Shown here piece after piece: positions 27,038 through 43,539 of a stretch of DNA of 64,000 nucleotides. Both the position numbers and the translations under genes were made by a program. The stretch comes from Eledone cirrhosa (lineage: Eukaryota): positions 228,780,001 through 228,844,000 of the forward strand of contig OZ024742.1 of NCBI GenBank assembly GCA_964016885.1. The letters run 5' to 3'. The notes beneath the pieces are model-generated. The model had not been told where the DNA came from and made no database searches. It saw nothing but the letters and a program-made list of their open reading frames with translations. How positions within the stretch are numbered: position 1 is the stretch's first letter; every line of letters begins with the position of its first letter.

Positions 27038-28702
27038 GGAGACATTTAGGTTGAAAGGAGGGTTGAAAAATGTATTATTTCTTCTTCTATTTTTGCTTTT
27101 AGTGTTTGGTGTGTTGCTTCCTCCTAAGGCCCCACAGTAGTTTCCATGGTAATGGTTACTTCCGGTGGCACCCTCCGCTTTGGTGTACTTGTGGTTGCTA
27201 TTCCTATTATTAGATTTCCTCATGGACATGTTGTGCGAGATGATGTTGTAGCTATGTGTTTTCTTAGGTAGGAACTCAATTTCTATATTATGGTCAGAGC
27301 TAGCTAATGCTTGATTGTAATATTGTGAGTTTTTGCTAAATATGTTTGCGTCATAGGACAGACTAGAGATTCTATTGGACACCCCCTTAGAGATAGAGTT
27401 TAATATTGATCTAGGGTGATTAGACTTGGTATCTACGTAAATAAGTTTCTCATTAGGCTTATGGAAAGGTGTATATATTTTTGAGTCTAGGTATAGTGTG
27501 GCGTCTAGGAAGTTAACATTTTTAGTGTTTTTGTCCATGGTGATACTAAGGTTAAAGTTTTTGAATGTCTTATGCAGTTGTTTTCTAGTTCTTTCTATAT
27601 TAAATTTTTTATATTCTATGAGTAGAAGTGCATCATCGCGGTACAAACCACCGTTGAGGTAAGGGAGGTCTTTATGGATTTCATTGAGGAGGTATAGGCC
27701 GACCAAATCAGTGACCTGCGCCGAGTCACTAGATCCCATGGTTATGTCGAAGTTGTTGTGCGTATCCTTGCGTGTCCATAGTTGGTCCTCGAAGGTGATT
27801 ATGGTTTTACGGGCCGCAAGGATGACATCAACCTGGGCTCTAGTCAGGTCGCTATTGGTCATGGCCATGATAAGTGCCTTATTTAATAGGATAGGGGAAA
27901 TAGAGGTGTAGTATGAATTGATATCAAATTGAATACATTTTTTGTTCTTATTATTCTTGATATCCTTGAACCATTCAATTACTTCACCCGTATTTCCCCA
28001 TTGTTTAAGGTGTATCTTGTGTTTAATTTGTGGGATGATTTTATCCAAAATCTTCTTGCTGATAATACCAATGTCGGACTTGGAAGGGCAGATAAGTCTT
28101 ATCGTGGGGTTGCTGATGAAGTTCTCCTTATGGTCCTTCAGAGAGAATCTAGGGGGGTTCGGAGTGAAAGGTTGTGTATGCCTCTGTAGTCCTAGTTTAG
28201 ACACTATATTATAACCCTCTACATTAATATCTTCTAAGTTTTTCAAGGTGGTTTTTTTGTAGCTTTTATGTAGTTCATTATATATAAACTTTCTATAAGT
28301 AATATAATCTAGGCTGTATATGTTATTAGTTTTATCTGCGTGTACAATAATTTTATTACTAGTTTTGAATCCATTAATAGAAGTGTTAAGTTTGTTTAAG
28401 AAGGTGTTGCTTCTAATATGGTGCTTATTGTATTTAATGTTCTTAACTAGTTTAACTAGGTCATTTTCAAAGGAGTTAAGTAGAGTGTTATGAGGGGGGC
28501 TTTTAAAGGTTTTAAAGCCGAAGGAGTCAAAATTGTTAGTATTATTCAAGTTGTTAGATTTGTTTCTATCATAATGGAATGTCCTCCATCTCACTCTATT
28601 GATAAATGAATTTACACTGTTGATCAGCAATTTCTCATATGTATTCCTGGATGGTATTGGTATGTTCTTGGTTGACATGGGGAATTGGTCTTTGATTAGC
28701 AT
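27038..28702 (-). CDS. Penelope-like element reverse transcriptase, open to the gap; the endonuclease is presumably lost in the gap
   Basis: KNIPIPS..RVRWR, ADKTNN, FDINSYYTSI, ITMGS, GLYRDD, NFLD, SNHP, RISSLS, FNPPF. Colinear with the 59.9-62.0 kb element. No stop codon over about 555 codons. Confidence 0.9.
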
Positions 28703-28951
28703 ATTGGCAATATTATATGTCAGCTCAACGATATGGAGCAGTTAATAGTATTAGTTATACTATTTATGGTTATGTAAATACAAATCCCCAAGCAGTTGTA
28801 AGTATTTTACACACACCCTAAATAGTGGTAGGCAGTAATGTATTACTACCTTATTACCAGTAAGTTAAGTAGCTCAATGTAAAAACATCAGATGATTTAC
28901 AGAGCAGTTATATGAAATATAAGAATCAAAGAACTGCTCAAAACATTATTG

Positions 28952-28998
28952 TGCTTACAGCTGTTTCCTCCAAACCGAGGTTTGGATTCTTCGGAGCA
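28952..28998 (-). ncRNA. Hammerhead in the PLE 5' terminal repeat, core variant U4C
   Basis: Reverse complement: tgct CCGAAGA a tccaaacc tc ggtttgga g GAAA CAGCTG TA agca, then AATAAT. About 250 bp upstream of the RT ATG, same strand. Confidence 0.75.
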
Positions 28999-29199
28999 AT
29001 TTATTAATGCATGGACAGTTATATGACCTCCTTTTCAGCCGAGGGACATACCAATACATATTCAAACATTGATACATATTCAAACATTGTGGGGCAACAT
29101 TCATTACAGAATTTAGAGTGGCAGTACACACTTCGAGATTACATTTATATTAATAGGTACAATCAAAGATCAAAGATATAGGTTAAAGTACAACAATTT

Positions 29200-29257
<58 letters not shown>

Positions 29258-29285
29258 TATATATATATATACATATATATATATA

Positions 29286-29321
<36 letters not shown>

Positions 29322-29337
29322 TATATATATATATATA

Positions 29338-30155
<818 letters not shown>

Positions 30156-30216
30156 TATATATATATATATATATATTTACAGGGAATGGCGAGAGTTTAT
30201 GGGTCCGTTAATTTAT

Positions 30217-30299
<83 letters not shown>

Positions 30300-30390
30300 T
30301 TATATATATATATATACATATTAATTCGTCCAGAATTAGCCGTCGAAACGGCTTGAGCTCAGCCGTCGGGGGTCTTACTTGTTCCTATTC

Positions 30391-30421
<31 letters not shown>

Positions 30422-30454
30422 GAATGGCGAGAGTATATGGGTCCGTTAATTTAT

Positions 30455-30498
<44 letters not shown>

Positions 30499-30575
30499 CA
30501 TTTAGAACTGTTTCATGCACATATATATGTACATCTGTCTGTTTGTCTGTCTCTCTCCTCTCTCTCTCTCCCCCC

Positions 30576-30748
<173 letters not shown>

Positions 30749-30935
30749 TGTATAACCCCGACGGCAGAGGTCAAGCCGTTTCGACAGCTATTTCTGGACG
30801 TTATGGTCCATCCGGGTCGTTATATATATATATGTGTGTGTTTATATATATATATATATATATTTATAAATATATGTGTCTATATATATATATATGTATA
30901 TTTATATATATGTGTTTATTATGTATATGTATATT

Positions 30936-30982
<47 letters not shown>

Positions 30983-31031
30983 GTGTGTATATATATATAT
31001 TTATATATATATATACATATATATGTATATT

Positions 31032-31065
<34 letters not shown>

Positions 31066-31109
31066 CATATATATATATAAATACATACATGTGTGTTTGT
31101 ATGTAAATT

Positions 31110-31190
<81 letters not shown>

Positions 31191-31364
31191 TTACATACAA
31201 ACCCACATGTATGTATTTATATATTAAGTTAATGTTGCTAGCAGGACTAGTTCTGTAAAGGGACTATTTGGTGAATGAAAATATATCCACTTTATATATT
31301 AAATTCCGGCTGGATCAATATTCAAAAGCAGCATACAAATTCTCACACCTACACCTCCCTCTCC

Positions 31365-31519
<155 letters not shown>

Positions 31520-31606
31520 TATACATATATACATATGTATATATATATACATATATACATATATACGTATATGTATATATATATACATATATACATACAT
31601 ATATAC

Positions 31607-31651
<45 letters not shown>

Positions 31652-33220
31652 TACATATATATATACATATACATATATATATATCAATATATACATATAT
31701 ATATATATACATATATATATACATATACATATATATATATCAATATATACATATATACATATATACATATACATATATATATATCAATATATACATATAT
31801 ACATATATATATATATCAATATATACATATATACATATATATATATACATATACATATATATATATACACATATAAGCACATGTACCGAGTATGAATGCA
31901 CACACCATCTATATAAATACCAATGCAAATATATATAAAACCTAGCACCCATGATAACGCACCAGGACTTGCATATATATAATTTAAATATATATATATA
32001 TATATCTATATATATAAATATATATATATATATAATGTAAATATATATACATATATGTATGAATGCATACATTTACATACATATGTATATATAATGCAAA
32101 TACAACACACACATACACACACATACACACACACACATATATAAACATACATAGAATATATACATATATAAATACACACGCATACACACGTATGCATGTA
32201 TAATTATATATGTATACATATATATGTGAGGGCTGAACAAATTAAAATGGAATGTAATTTGGCTGATATTTGAAAGAGAAAGAAATAAGAACACAAACTA
32301 ACTAAAATAACATTTTTATATAACTACCGTTTTGTTCTTATAGCTTTATTCTTGAATTCTCATGAGCCAAGGCATTAATTTTTACCGGATGGAAAATAGT
32401 TTTCCTACAGTCTTACTACCCCCACCTCCACCAACTTACAAAAGTCAGCCATCTTTACTTTTTCAAATGAATAGAAAATAAAATTAGTATTCCGTTTTCT
32501 TTTTCTGTCATATATTGAAATATATGAGGATTTGAATTAATTACGAACGAGATTTGTATCGGGAATTAAAATAGAATTATATTATATTAAACTCGCCACC
32601 GCATTTCTATTCTGCGTTCTTCTCTTTCCCCTTCTCGTTTCTTTCATTCTCCTACTTCTAAATTTAATAGCTAGTTTATGTTATAGTTACAATGCGGGCA
32701 TAAAGTTGCCTTTATTAACACACGAGCGGAAATAACGTTAGCATTATGAATTGCGAAGTGCGGTCTTTAGGAGGTTCGTTTTCATCGGAGAGGACTGTGT
32801 AAATGTGTAAAGTCGTTGTGTAAAGTAGTTGTGTGTGTTGGTTCAGTGAAACATTTCTGTGTGATATTTGTGTGGTAATGGCGGACAATCTTTAGCGAAC
32901 GGTCGTAACATAACATTCAGACATTTTGTAAAACGGAAATGAGGAAAGCTATTATGTGTTAATTTTCATACAAGCGGACATTATAAAAAGAAGGTAACAA
33001 GAAGAACACGAACAAAACAAAACATACACAGAAATAAAATCTTACAAACAAACATCGTTAAAGTAAAACAAAATAGAAAAGAGAGAAGAGAAACGAACTT
33101 CAGCATTAGTTTTCGATTTAATTTGATTATTTGATTACTATATATATTTATTTATTTTTGTGTTATCTAAAATTATTTCTAACAGTAATTTCTTATATAT
33201 ATATATATATGTACGCACAG

Positions 33221-33277
<57 letters not shown>

Positions 33278-33404
33278 ATGTATATATATATATATATATA
33301 TAAATATATGTTCTGTGCGTACATATATATATGTGTATATATATAATATACATATGTATATATATATATATATATACATGTATTACATATATATGTATAT
33401 ATAT

Positions 33405-33444
<40 letters not shown>

Positions 33445-33622
33445 GCATATACATAAATATACATATTTTCATATATATGTGTGTATTATACACACACACA
33501 CATACATATACATATGTATATACATGTATATATATATAGATACATGTATATATATATACATATATATATTCATATATGTGTGTATTATACACACACACAC
33601 ACAATCACACATATATATATAT

Positions 33623-33673
<51 letters not shown>

Positions 33674-34869
33674 CATGCCTGTATATTTAGGAAGTGTTTG
33701 TTTAAACATCCTCTTTAGTTCAGTGATTGATTTGTTTCTCACAAGTAATATGTTTGTGTATCGGGACAAACAAAACTTGTTGAACGTTATTTTTTCATTT
33801 CAACTAATCGATGTCACCAAAATTAAAACTTCCACTGAATAAAATAAAATAAAATTAAATTAAAGAAAAACAAAATAAAAATTTTAAGAGAAAAAATTTA
33901 CAAAATGTAACAAAATAACACGAAATACTTGATTTCAATTTATCACTTAAGCCAAAATAAAAATTACGTTTTATATTTAAAGAATTATTAATTTCCTAAG
34001 ATTCAGATAATTTCGGCAAAGAAATATAATTGATTTTAATGAAAATTATATTTTTTTAAATGTTTTATACATCTCGGGGAAATTTCGTGTTCTACCAAAA
34101 ATATTCAGTTTCTCATTTCCCATTTCCTGTTTAAGTTCGTTAAATTTTTTTTTCGCAATCACTGATTCAACTCCAACAATATTCTCAATTTTAAGGACGG
34201 TTGCTTCTTCTGTTATACTTTATCTACTCGATGAAGCCATATTTATTTCTTACTTGATGTAGATCAGTAGTTCCCAGAGACCCAGATCACATCTCACTCC
34301 TTGCGATCCTATGTTTCCTAATTTCCTTCCCCATTTTCAATTATCACCAAGTGATTTTTCAACCAAACACCACGTTAACCTGATCAGGCTTTTGATGATT
34401 TAGTGATCGTATAGTCACAAAGTAGGATTAGATCTGAAACAGCAGTTGGTTCTGATATGTTAATTAGTTATCGACATTAAAGGTGGGTATAGTGAAATTT
34501 CATTTGATAAATACACAATTTACACTACTCTTCCATAGTTTGCATTTATCCTTTACATAACATTAATCTCCAATGGCTCGCAAATGTTTGGTGATGCCCG
34601 GTGCCAACTCCTTGATTGTATGTCTCTAAAACAACAGTATAAAACCTAGTATTGAGAAATGTGTGCAAGGAAGACATTGTATGGTATTGTATAGTCCCGT
34701 ATCTCACGAGGAGTCGTAGGGGCGCCATAATGACATGCGGCGTTTCCACGACATTTTAAAAACCTGGTGGAGGCCATCTTCTCTCCAGGCCTGAATGCAG
34801 TAGATTTCTTCCAGAGAAAGACAGAGAGAGTGAGAGAAAGGAAGTGAGAAAGAGATATAGAGGAAGAAT

Positions 34870-36139
34870 CGACCACAGTACTTGACTGGTACATTTTTTT
34901 ATCGACCTTGAATTGATGAAAAGTAGAGTTGACATCGGCGGGATTTGAACTCAGAGAGTCGAAATTGATAATACAAAGTATTTTATCCGACGTTCTAACG
35001 ACTCTGCCAAATCGCCGCCTAAACAAATGAAATATGAAATTAAAACCTCAAATTAATTAAAAATCCACCACATAAATTTGTCCGAGCTTAAGCATCGAAT
35101 TTCAAGTTAAAAAATTTGATCTGGGCGAAAAACAAAATTAGCAAAAATTCATTACAAAACGTTTATCCACATGTTTCCATCTTGCAATCAATTCAACTTT
35201 AAAGACGTTATTCCCACTGGCATATAGTCACTTCACTTGACAAGTAGTTGCTAGTCTTTCAATATATGAAAGCATCTAAAAACACAAATCTTCCTACCCG
35301 CTAAGTCGTTCTAAGCTTTCCTGTATATGACATCACATAAATACACTGTCTATACGTGTACTTTTTATATCTATTAAACATTTATACATATTTCGGAGTA
35401 GTATCTGTCGGGCATGAGACTTGATCCAAGACTGTGTGTTGGAATTTAAGCAATATTCCAACTCTGGAATGATGAAAGGCGGAATTTGAACACTGAATGT
35501 AAGGAGCCGGAATAAATACCGCAAGTCATTTTGTCCGATGCTCTAACAATTCTGTCAATCCACCACCCTTAATGATAACAGTAGTACTACTACTAATAAT
35601 GGTTTCTGATTTAGGTACAAAGCCAACAATTTTTGGGGAGGGTAAAGTCGCTTATATCGACCCCAGTGCATTACTGGTGCATTATTTTATCGACCCCGTA
35701 AAGATGATAGACAAAGCTAATTTCGGCCGGATTTAAACTCAGATCGCAAAGGACCGTAACTCTATGCTGCAAAGCATGTTGTCCGATGCAGCCAATCCAG
35801 TACCCTAGTACTACTACTAATAATGGTTTCTTATATAGGAACAAGGCCAGCAATTGGGGGGGGGGAGTCGATTAAATCGATCCCAGTGCGTGACTGGTAC
35901 TTTATTTTATCGACCCCGTAAGGATAAAAGGCAAAGCTAACCTCAGCGGGATTTGAACTCAGACTGTAAAGGACCGTGACTCTATGCTGCAGAGCATGGT
36001 GTCCTATACAGCCAATCCACTACCCTAGTACTACTACTACTACTAATAATGGTTTCATTTATTGGCCACAACGGCCGATATATAGGGGACAATACACTAG
36101 ACGAGGACAGAAGGGGTTTTCATAAAAATCGACCACCTT

Positions 36140-36193
<54 letters not shown>

Positions 36194-37050
36194 CGATAGA
36201 GCATCGAACACAATGCTCTGCAGTTTTTGTTACGGATTTTTACGTTCCGTGTTCAAATCCTGTCGAGCTCAACCTTCCAGGATCCTTCCAGGATCGATAA
36301 AAATGTGCCAATCAAATACTGTGTTCGATATAATCGACTTTCCATTTCCCTTAAATTGCTGCCCATGTACCTAGATTATAGAGTTACCTTCCTTTATGAT
36401 CTGAATTCAAATCCCGCCGAGGTTAACTTTGCCTTTCATCCTTACGGGGTCGATAAAAGAAAGTACCAATAATACACTGGGATAATTGCTGGCCTTGTGC
36501 CAAAAGTAGAAATAATTATTTGTAGTAGTAATAGTAATGTTGGTAGTATCAATAATAGTAGTAGTTACAGTAACAGTAGTAATGGAAATGGCGGTGATAA
36601 ATGTGTCAAAATAATTGATTTCCTAATTTGTGTTAAACCACCATTAAAGATGGCCTCATTCCTCATTCGTTTACGTGCATTTCGTGTCAATTTAATTACA
36701 TCTCATTTTTTTCCATTTTCCAACCCATTTCCAGCTCGAAGAATCGTTGAATATTTTATAAGCACCGAAGAGGAAGGTATTCTTACTGTAAATATGGTTG
36801 GATGGATGGAAAGATGGCAAATATATTGTATTCAGACGACTGTGTTGTAAGACAAGTTTATCTTGCTTCTCACACACTATTGTTGACTCATTTTACAGTT
36901 ACTCTAAGGCAGTGAATTGGCAGGATCATTAGAACGTCTAATAGAATGCTTTGTGGTATACTTTCCGGCTATCTGATATCTGGGTTCAATCCCCACTCGT
37001 GGTCAACTATGTTTTTCATCCTTTCGTTGTTTATAAATACATACCAGTTT
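34870..37050. mobile_element. Cluster of about 7 Meta-core SINE copies on both strands
   Basis: Repeated TTTATCGACCCCGTAAGGATGAAAGGCAAAG / GGATTTGAACTC blocks separated by (CTA)n. Confidence 0.8.
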
Positions 37051-37700
37051 GAAACTGGAGTCTATATCTGTTTCTCACTTCATCATTTTCTCTTTTTCTG
37101 AAATGTTAATATCTGGAGGGAGATGGGCTCCATCAGGTCTAAATGCCCAAGATCGCACCATACAATTCCATCAGTTCTGGGCCCTTGGATGGATAGTGTT
37201 ACTGTTTCCCGTTAACATGATATTTTACTATATTGTATTTTGTTTCAAGTGTTTTCTTTATTTAACAAAGAAATAATAGTTTATATGAAAGGTTCATTAG
37301 CTGATTATGGAGGAATGATGCTAGAGCTATGAAATCTTGCATGCAGTAATCTCAACCCTCCTTATTAATAACTGCATTGTTTCTTTCTCGAGATTATGTT
37401 GAAAAATAAACCTCATTTGGTCATTCCATGAGAGTATCTTGGTCAGCCTATGAAATTTTCAACATATGAACTTTTAAGCCGACCTTCATACGAGGGCAAG
37501 ACATAGCATAATCACAAACACTGAAGTTTATTGTTAACTGGGAGTTAAAATGTTTAATTTAGTGAGACTCAAAAAATGTAGAATTATTTACAAATATACT
37601 CTTACGGAAGAGGAAAACTATTAGTTTTAACGTTGAATTTTCATCAAGAAAAGCAAGGTTGGAAATTCCAGAATCTAAATTTATATATATATATATATAT

Positions 37701-37892
37701 AACGAAGGAAATGTGGTAAGGAACCAGATGGACCATAACGCACCAAAGTACTCAATACTTGAGGTAGTAGAGTGGGTAATAGGAACCAGTAAGACCCCGA
37801 CAGCTGAGCTCAAGCCGTTTCGACGGCTAATTCTGGACTCCAGAATTAGCCGTCGAAACGGCTTGAGCTCAGCTGTCGGGGTCTTACTGGTT

Positions 37893-37895
<3 letters not shown>
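37701..37895. mobile_element. Fold-back copy of the 138-bp element
   Basis: Full minus arm plus a short plus arm, meeting at CTGGACTCCAG, flanked by (TA)n. Confidence 0.88.
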
Positions 37896-37965
<70 letters not shown>

Positions 37966-38010
37966 GTGTGTGTGTGTGTGTATACACACATATATATATA
38001 TATATATATA

Positions 38011-38105
38011 CAGGGTGTCCCAAAAATGTATACACTAAGGTTGTGCATTCTAATAAATATTGCCTGTACAGGTAATCAATGTGTATATACATTTTTTGGG
38101 ACACC

Positions 38106-38108
<3 letters not shown>
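38011..38108. mobile_element. Tc1/mariner-type MITE
   Basis: TIRs CAGGGTGTCCCAAAAATGTATA / TATACATTTTTTGGGACACCCTG flanked by TA. A solo TIR lies near 38185 and a related end near 4355-4378. Confidence 0.85.
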
Positions 38109-38162
<54 letters not shown>

Positions 38163-38230
38163 TGGATGTATGTATATATATATACAGGGTGTCCCCAAAA
38201 ATGTATATATATATATTATATATTTATGTT

Positions 38231-38276
<46 letters not shown>

Positions 38277-40129
38277 TGTGTGTGTCTGTGTGTGTGTGTG
38301 TGTGTGTGGTGTGTTTTCCTGTTTATACCTATGTCCGGTAACTTCGTGGCTCTATAAAAAGCGACTTATAAAATTAGTACTAGACTCGAAAAAATTAAGT
38401 ACTGAGGTCGATATGTTTGACTAAATCTCTTGAAGGCGGTATCCCAGCATTACCGCAGTAAAAATAATATAAGAATAAAAGAATGTAGTGGATAATACAC
38501 AAGGCTTCTCTGGGAAATTTTCCTCATAACAGCACATAAAGTTTGACACAATTTGAATTCAATGATAAAATATTCCTGATATGCAAGGAAGCGTCACTAA
38601 TTTCCCTAACTAAGATTACTTCAACCTCATTGTCTATATCACATGTGTCGAAGCAGCTGAAACGATGTTAAAATGCCAGTGCAAATGAGGTGCAATAATC
38701 AGCTTCATCGCTCTGTTTAACATTGTCTTTCATCTTTCCGGAGTCGCTAAAAGGATTGGGGTCAATTGAACTAACCATTCTCGTCTCCAATAAAGCTGTG
38801 ATCTTCTGTCAGTTTAAGGAATCCATATTGTGTTAGTGTTATCACTGATAGAGGTATAATAATATATATAATCCCATATGCCATATGTTTATTCATAACA
38901 AACGTATACTTAGTATCGATGTGGGTATTTTAGTAGCTTACAATACCGTGAGAGTAAACATACGAGCAAGTAGAGCCCATTACTTCAAGTGCTGTATGAT
39001 CATGATAATATTAATAGCAGTGGATTGACAGAGGTGTTAGTGTGTCGGATGAAATGTATTATAGTATTTCGTTACGGTCCACTATATTCTGGTTTCAAAT
39101 CTGGCAGAGATCAAGTCTGCCTTTTCTTCTTTCGTAGTCGATAAAATAAAATACTAGTGAAGTACTGGGATCGATAAAACGGACTTTGACTTTTTTCTCA
39201 AATGAATTCGTACATCGTTAGCTTGTATTACCGTGTTCAAGTTTTGCTAACAGACTTGTCAACTCGCCCCGTCCGACGGATGTTATCTCCTTATGGATAA
39301 ACGAATACACTGCAACAGTGTAATAACAATATAATCGAAACAAACGGCAATAACCACACGTAACGGTACAACAATATTTTAAGAACCAACAATCCAACAC
39401 GCTAACTCGAACTGTGAACTTGAACTCCAACTTTGACTATCAACAATAGAACTGATGTCTTCTTTTGTGAAAATTGGTATAGCTTTCCTTATGTAAAATC
39501 TCCCCATTTTGCTTTATTTCTCCCCATTTTGGAGCCTTCTCTATTCATGATATTCACCGTTTAGGATTTTAGAGTTCGGCAGGTCTGGCTAAGGTTTCCT
39601 CGAAAGTAGCATGAAGCCACAATCAGCAAGAGGATATCTTCAACACAAACCTATCGATCATGAGGTGTTGGGTTCGATCCTACTGTGTGATATTTTGGAC
39701 AAGTGTCTTTATCAGAGATATGTATTCGTACATTCCTCTATATCAAATATTAGTTATCTTGAAAAAAAAAAGTTTAAACTTCAAAGATGGTTTCATTCTT
39801 CAACTGAATTTCATTATTTTATTGATTTTTCATTGATTTTGAACAAGCGTGCCATACTATGTGATGGTTTAAAATTATTATAGTAATGATTTAACCTTAT
39901 AAGAAACCGTATAGAATACTGTATAAATATATATGTGCACACACACATACACACACAGACACACACACACAAACACACACACATACACATATATATATGT
40001 ATACATATATACACACATATACATATATACATACATAGATATATATAAACACGGTGTGTGTATTTATGTGATTATCAACAAGAAACTTTAAATTAAAGTA
40101 GCTATTAAGTTGCCATCTAATGTACAGTA

Positions 40130-40197
<68 letters not shown>

Positions 40198-40198
40198 C

Positions 40199-40229
<31 letters not shown>

Positions 40230-40233
40230 CACG

Positions 40234-40278
<45 letters not shown>

Positions 40279-40281
<3 letters not shown>

Positions 40282-40472
40282 AACGAGTAGGACCCCGACG
40301 GCTGAGCTCAAGCCGTTTCGACGGCTAATTCTTGCGTCCAGAATTAGCTGTCGAAACGGCTTGAGCTCAGGCGTCGGGGTCCTACTCGTTCCTATTACCC
40401 ACTCTACTACCCTAAGTATTGAGTACTTTGGTGCGTTATGGTCCATCTGGTTCCTTACCACATTTCCTTCGT

Positions 40473-40473
<1 letters not shown>
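40279..40473. mobile_element. Fold-back copy of the 138-bp element
   Basis: Short minus arm plus full plus arm. Both arms share the private variant GTCCTACTCGTTCC. Confidence 0.88.
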
Positions 40474-40545
<72 letters not shown>

Positions 40546-41738
40546 GAGGAAAAATGATGAGAAAACTGTGTCAGACTAACAAAAGTTAAAACAATATTCT
40601 AGTTCCTGTTTCTTGGTATAAAACAAAGAATGGAAATAACAGAAGGAGGAAACAAAAGCAAAAGAAGAAAAATCAAAGGGATTTATTCTTACATTCCACT
40701 TTATCAAATCTTAGTAGTTTTCAATGAAATGTATAGATTTGTAAAGATGATTTCATTCTTCAACTGAATTCAATTATTTGACTGATTTTTCGCTGATTTT
40801 TCTGTCTTGTGTGCCAATGTGCCAAGAGCTTTGAACATTAATTGAAAATAGTGTCGTTTCCTGTTTAATCGAGGAGATTTTGAAAACACACCAAGAACAA
40901 CGACCTTGTTGTCCTTTGTAACGAGACTTTATACAAGAAAACAATAAGCATCTAATGAAGGATGTCTCTTTGATGCTCATTAGTATTGGCAAAGTTTGCA
41001 ATCTTATACAATATGTTAAGGAGAATAAGAGTTTTTGAAAAAGAAAGAAAACCAATGACTGAACATTAATCTGTTTGAAGTGCAGCAAAGTAGAGTAAAA
41101 GAAAATGAACGCGTGTGGCGGGGAGGGGTGGATAAGATCGTGTGGGGAAGGGGATGGTGAGACGGGGAGGGGGTGCGGTAAATTTTTAACACACTTCCTC
41201 GAGATAAACAGACTTAAATGTGTTCTAATTCTAAGTGTAAACTAAGATGACTACTGACATAAGGTAAAATAAGATAACAGGTGTGGAGTTAGATGAAGAG
41301 GGGTGGGGGAGGGGAAGAATTAATCTGTGTGTGAAAGGTGAGAAAGAGGGAATGCGGTAAATTTCTAACACACTTTCTCAAGACAAAGAAATTTTCAAAG
41401 TGTAAAAATTCTAAGTGCAGATCACTACAGATATTAGGTTACAGTTATGGACATGCCTTGATGGACCTCCGTCTCTTACGACGATAATTGTCCCAGGTGT
41501 TTGGTCAACGGAAAGGCTAGCTGATGAAATTAACGTTATTGAACATTTCACAAACACGTGTACCCATAACGCAAATCTTAGGGAGATTAAGCGTAACATA
41601 GCGTATGACAAAGCTGGCCCATTAAATTATAGGTGCAATACATTTTTGTCAGCTGAGTTGACTAGAATCGAACTCATGATCTTACGATCGTGAGTTGAAC
41701 ACCTCCATGGATTAAGCTGTATACGTTCACCGGGTGCG

Positions 41739-41854
<116 letters not shown>

Positions 41855-42728
41855 ACACACACACTCTTACACACACACGTGTGATGATGTTAAAACCGGA
41901 TGGCCATTTGATTTTCACTGAAATGTAAGCCTAAATGAAATTTGAACTCAGAGTACAAAAAGGCAGAATAAATACGCAAAAATATGTCACCCATTGACCT
42001 ACTGCTTCTGCATTGATACTTAAGGTATCGACCACGAAAGAATGACAGGAAATGTTGTCATTGGTGGGATTTGCACTCAGAGTCAGAATAAATACTTCGA
42101 GGTAATTTTTGTCAACGCTCTAGCAGATCGCCGCCAATGTTCGGTGGTACACAGCATTTTAGGCCAGAGGAAGGATGGGCTCCGCCAGGCCTAAAATACC
42201 CCAGAAACGCCGTATGTGAATATGATGCCCCTCCAACTCTATCAGCAGTTATGGAACCATACATACTTACATGCACAAAAATTTTACTACCGTAAATTTA
42301 CTTCTTTTACTGGTTGTAATCAGTCATTTGACTGTGGCATTTTAGGGCATCAACTTAAAGAGGTTTAGACGATTTTATCAACCCCAGTACTTTATGTTTT
42401 ATGTATAGTACTTATTTTATAGACATAATTATGCCTTATCGAACATAAACTCAGGCACAGATACAGACGTGCACCCACATGTAAAAGTAAAAAAAATACA
42501 CAGATAGATGAATACCTAGTTTCCGCCTACGGAATTTTACTCATAAGGCATTAGTTTTGTTATAGCACCGAAGACACTCGACGAAAGTCTCATCCAGCTG
42601 AACTGAAGCCTTAACCTCACGGCCATGTGTAATTAATATATATATATATATACTATATAATATTTTGAGAATAAGCTCTCAGTCCTTTACAATAATTAAG
42701 CTCCAGGAAAGGGGCATTTCCGAGCAGT

Positions 42729-42767
<39 letters not shown>

Positions 42768-42770
<3 letters not shown>

Positions 42771-43539
42771 CGTAGAGTAGTATGTATATATATATACATA
42801 CATGCACACATATATATATGTACGTATGGATTCACCGAACATTTATTATAATGCTCGTTGTGTTTTGTAAACAAACATCCCGAATTAAGCCGTACAGTGT
42901 CTCACCGAGCATTATAATAAATGTTCGGTAAACCGATACGTGCATATATATATATGTGTGCATGTATGTATATATATGCATACTACTGTACGTCTGTATA
43001 CATATATGTATGTACGTATACATACATACATACTTACATTTAAGTAAGTGCCGTACTAAGAGCGAGAAATGAAATTTCGTTTCATTCTATTCCATTTATC
43101 GTTTTCGGTGCGCCCGGCCGACTGAACTCACTCGATATGCAAATTAGGCTGCTCAGCCGTTAATATGCATAAGAAAAGTATATACTTTCAGACGTTCAAC
43201 CATCTGGCTGGAAGGTATACGATGGTGACGATAGCTAATAAGCTTGAAACTAGTACATTGTTCCTGTGTCAGTGTTGAACAAAAAGGTGACGTGGTTGCC
43301 TAAACACTGTACGGCGTAATTCGGGCTGTTTGTTTGTTTACAAACAAACAAACCGAGCATTATAATAAATGTTCGGTAAACCGATACGTGCATATATATA
43401 TATGTGTGCATGTATGTATATATATACATACTACTGTACGTCTGTATACATATATGTACGTACGTATACATACATACATATTTACATCTAAGTAAGTGCC
43501 GTACTAAGAGTGAGAAATGAAATTTCGTTTCATTCTATT

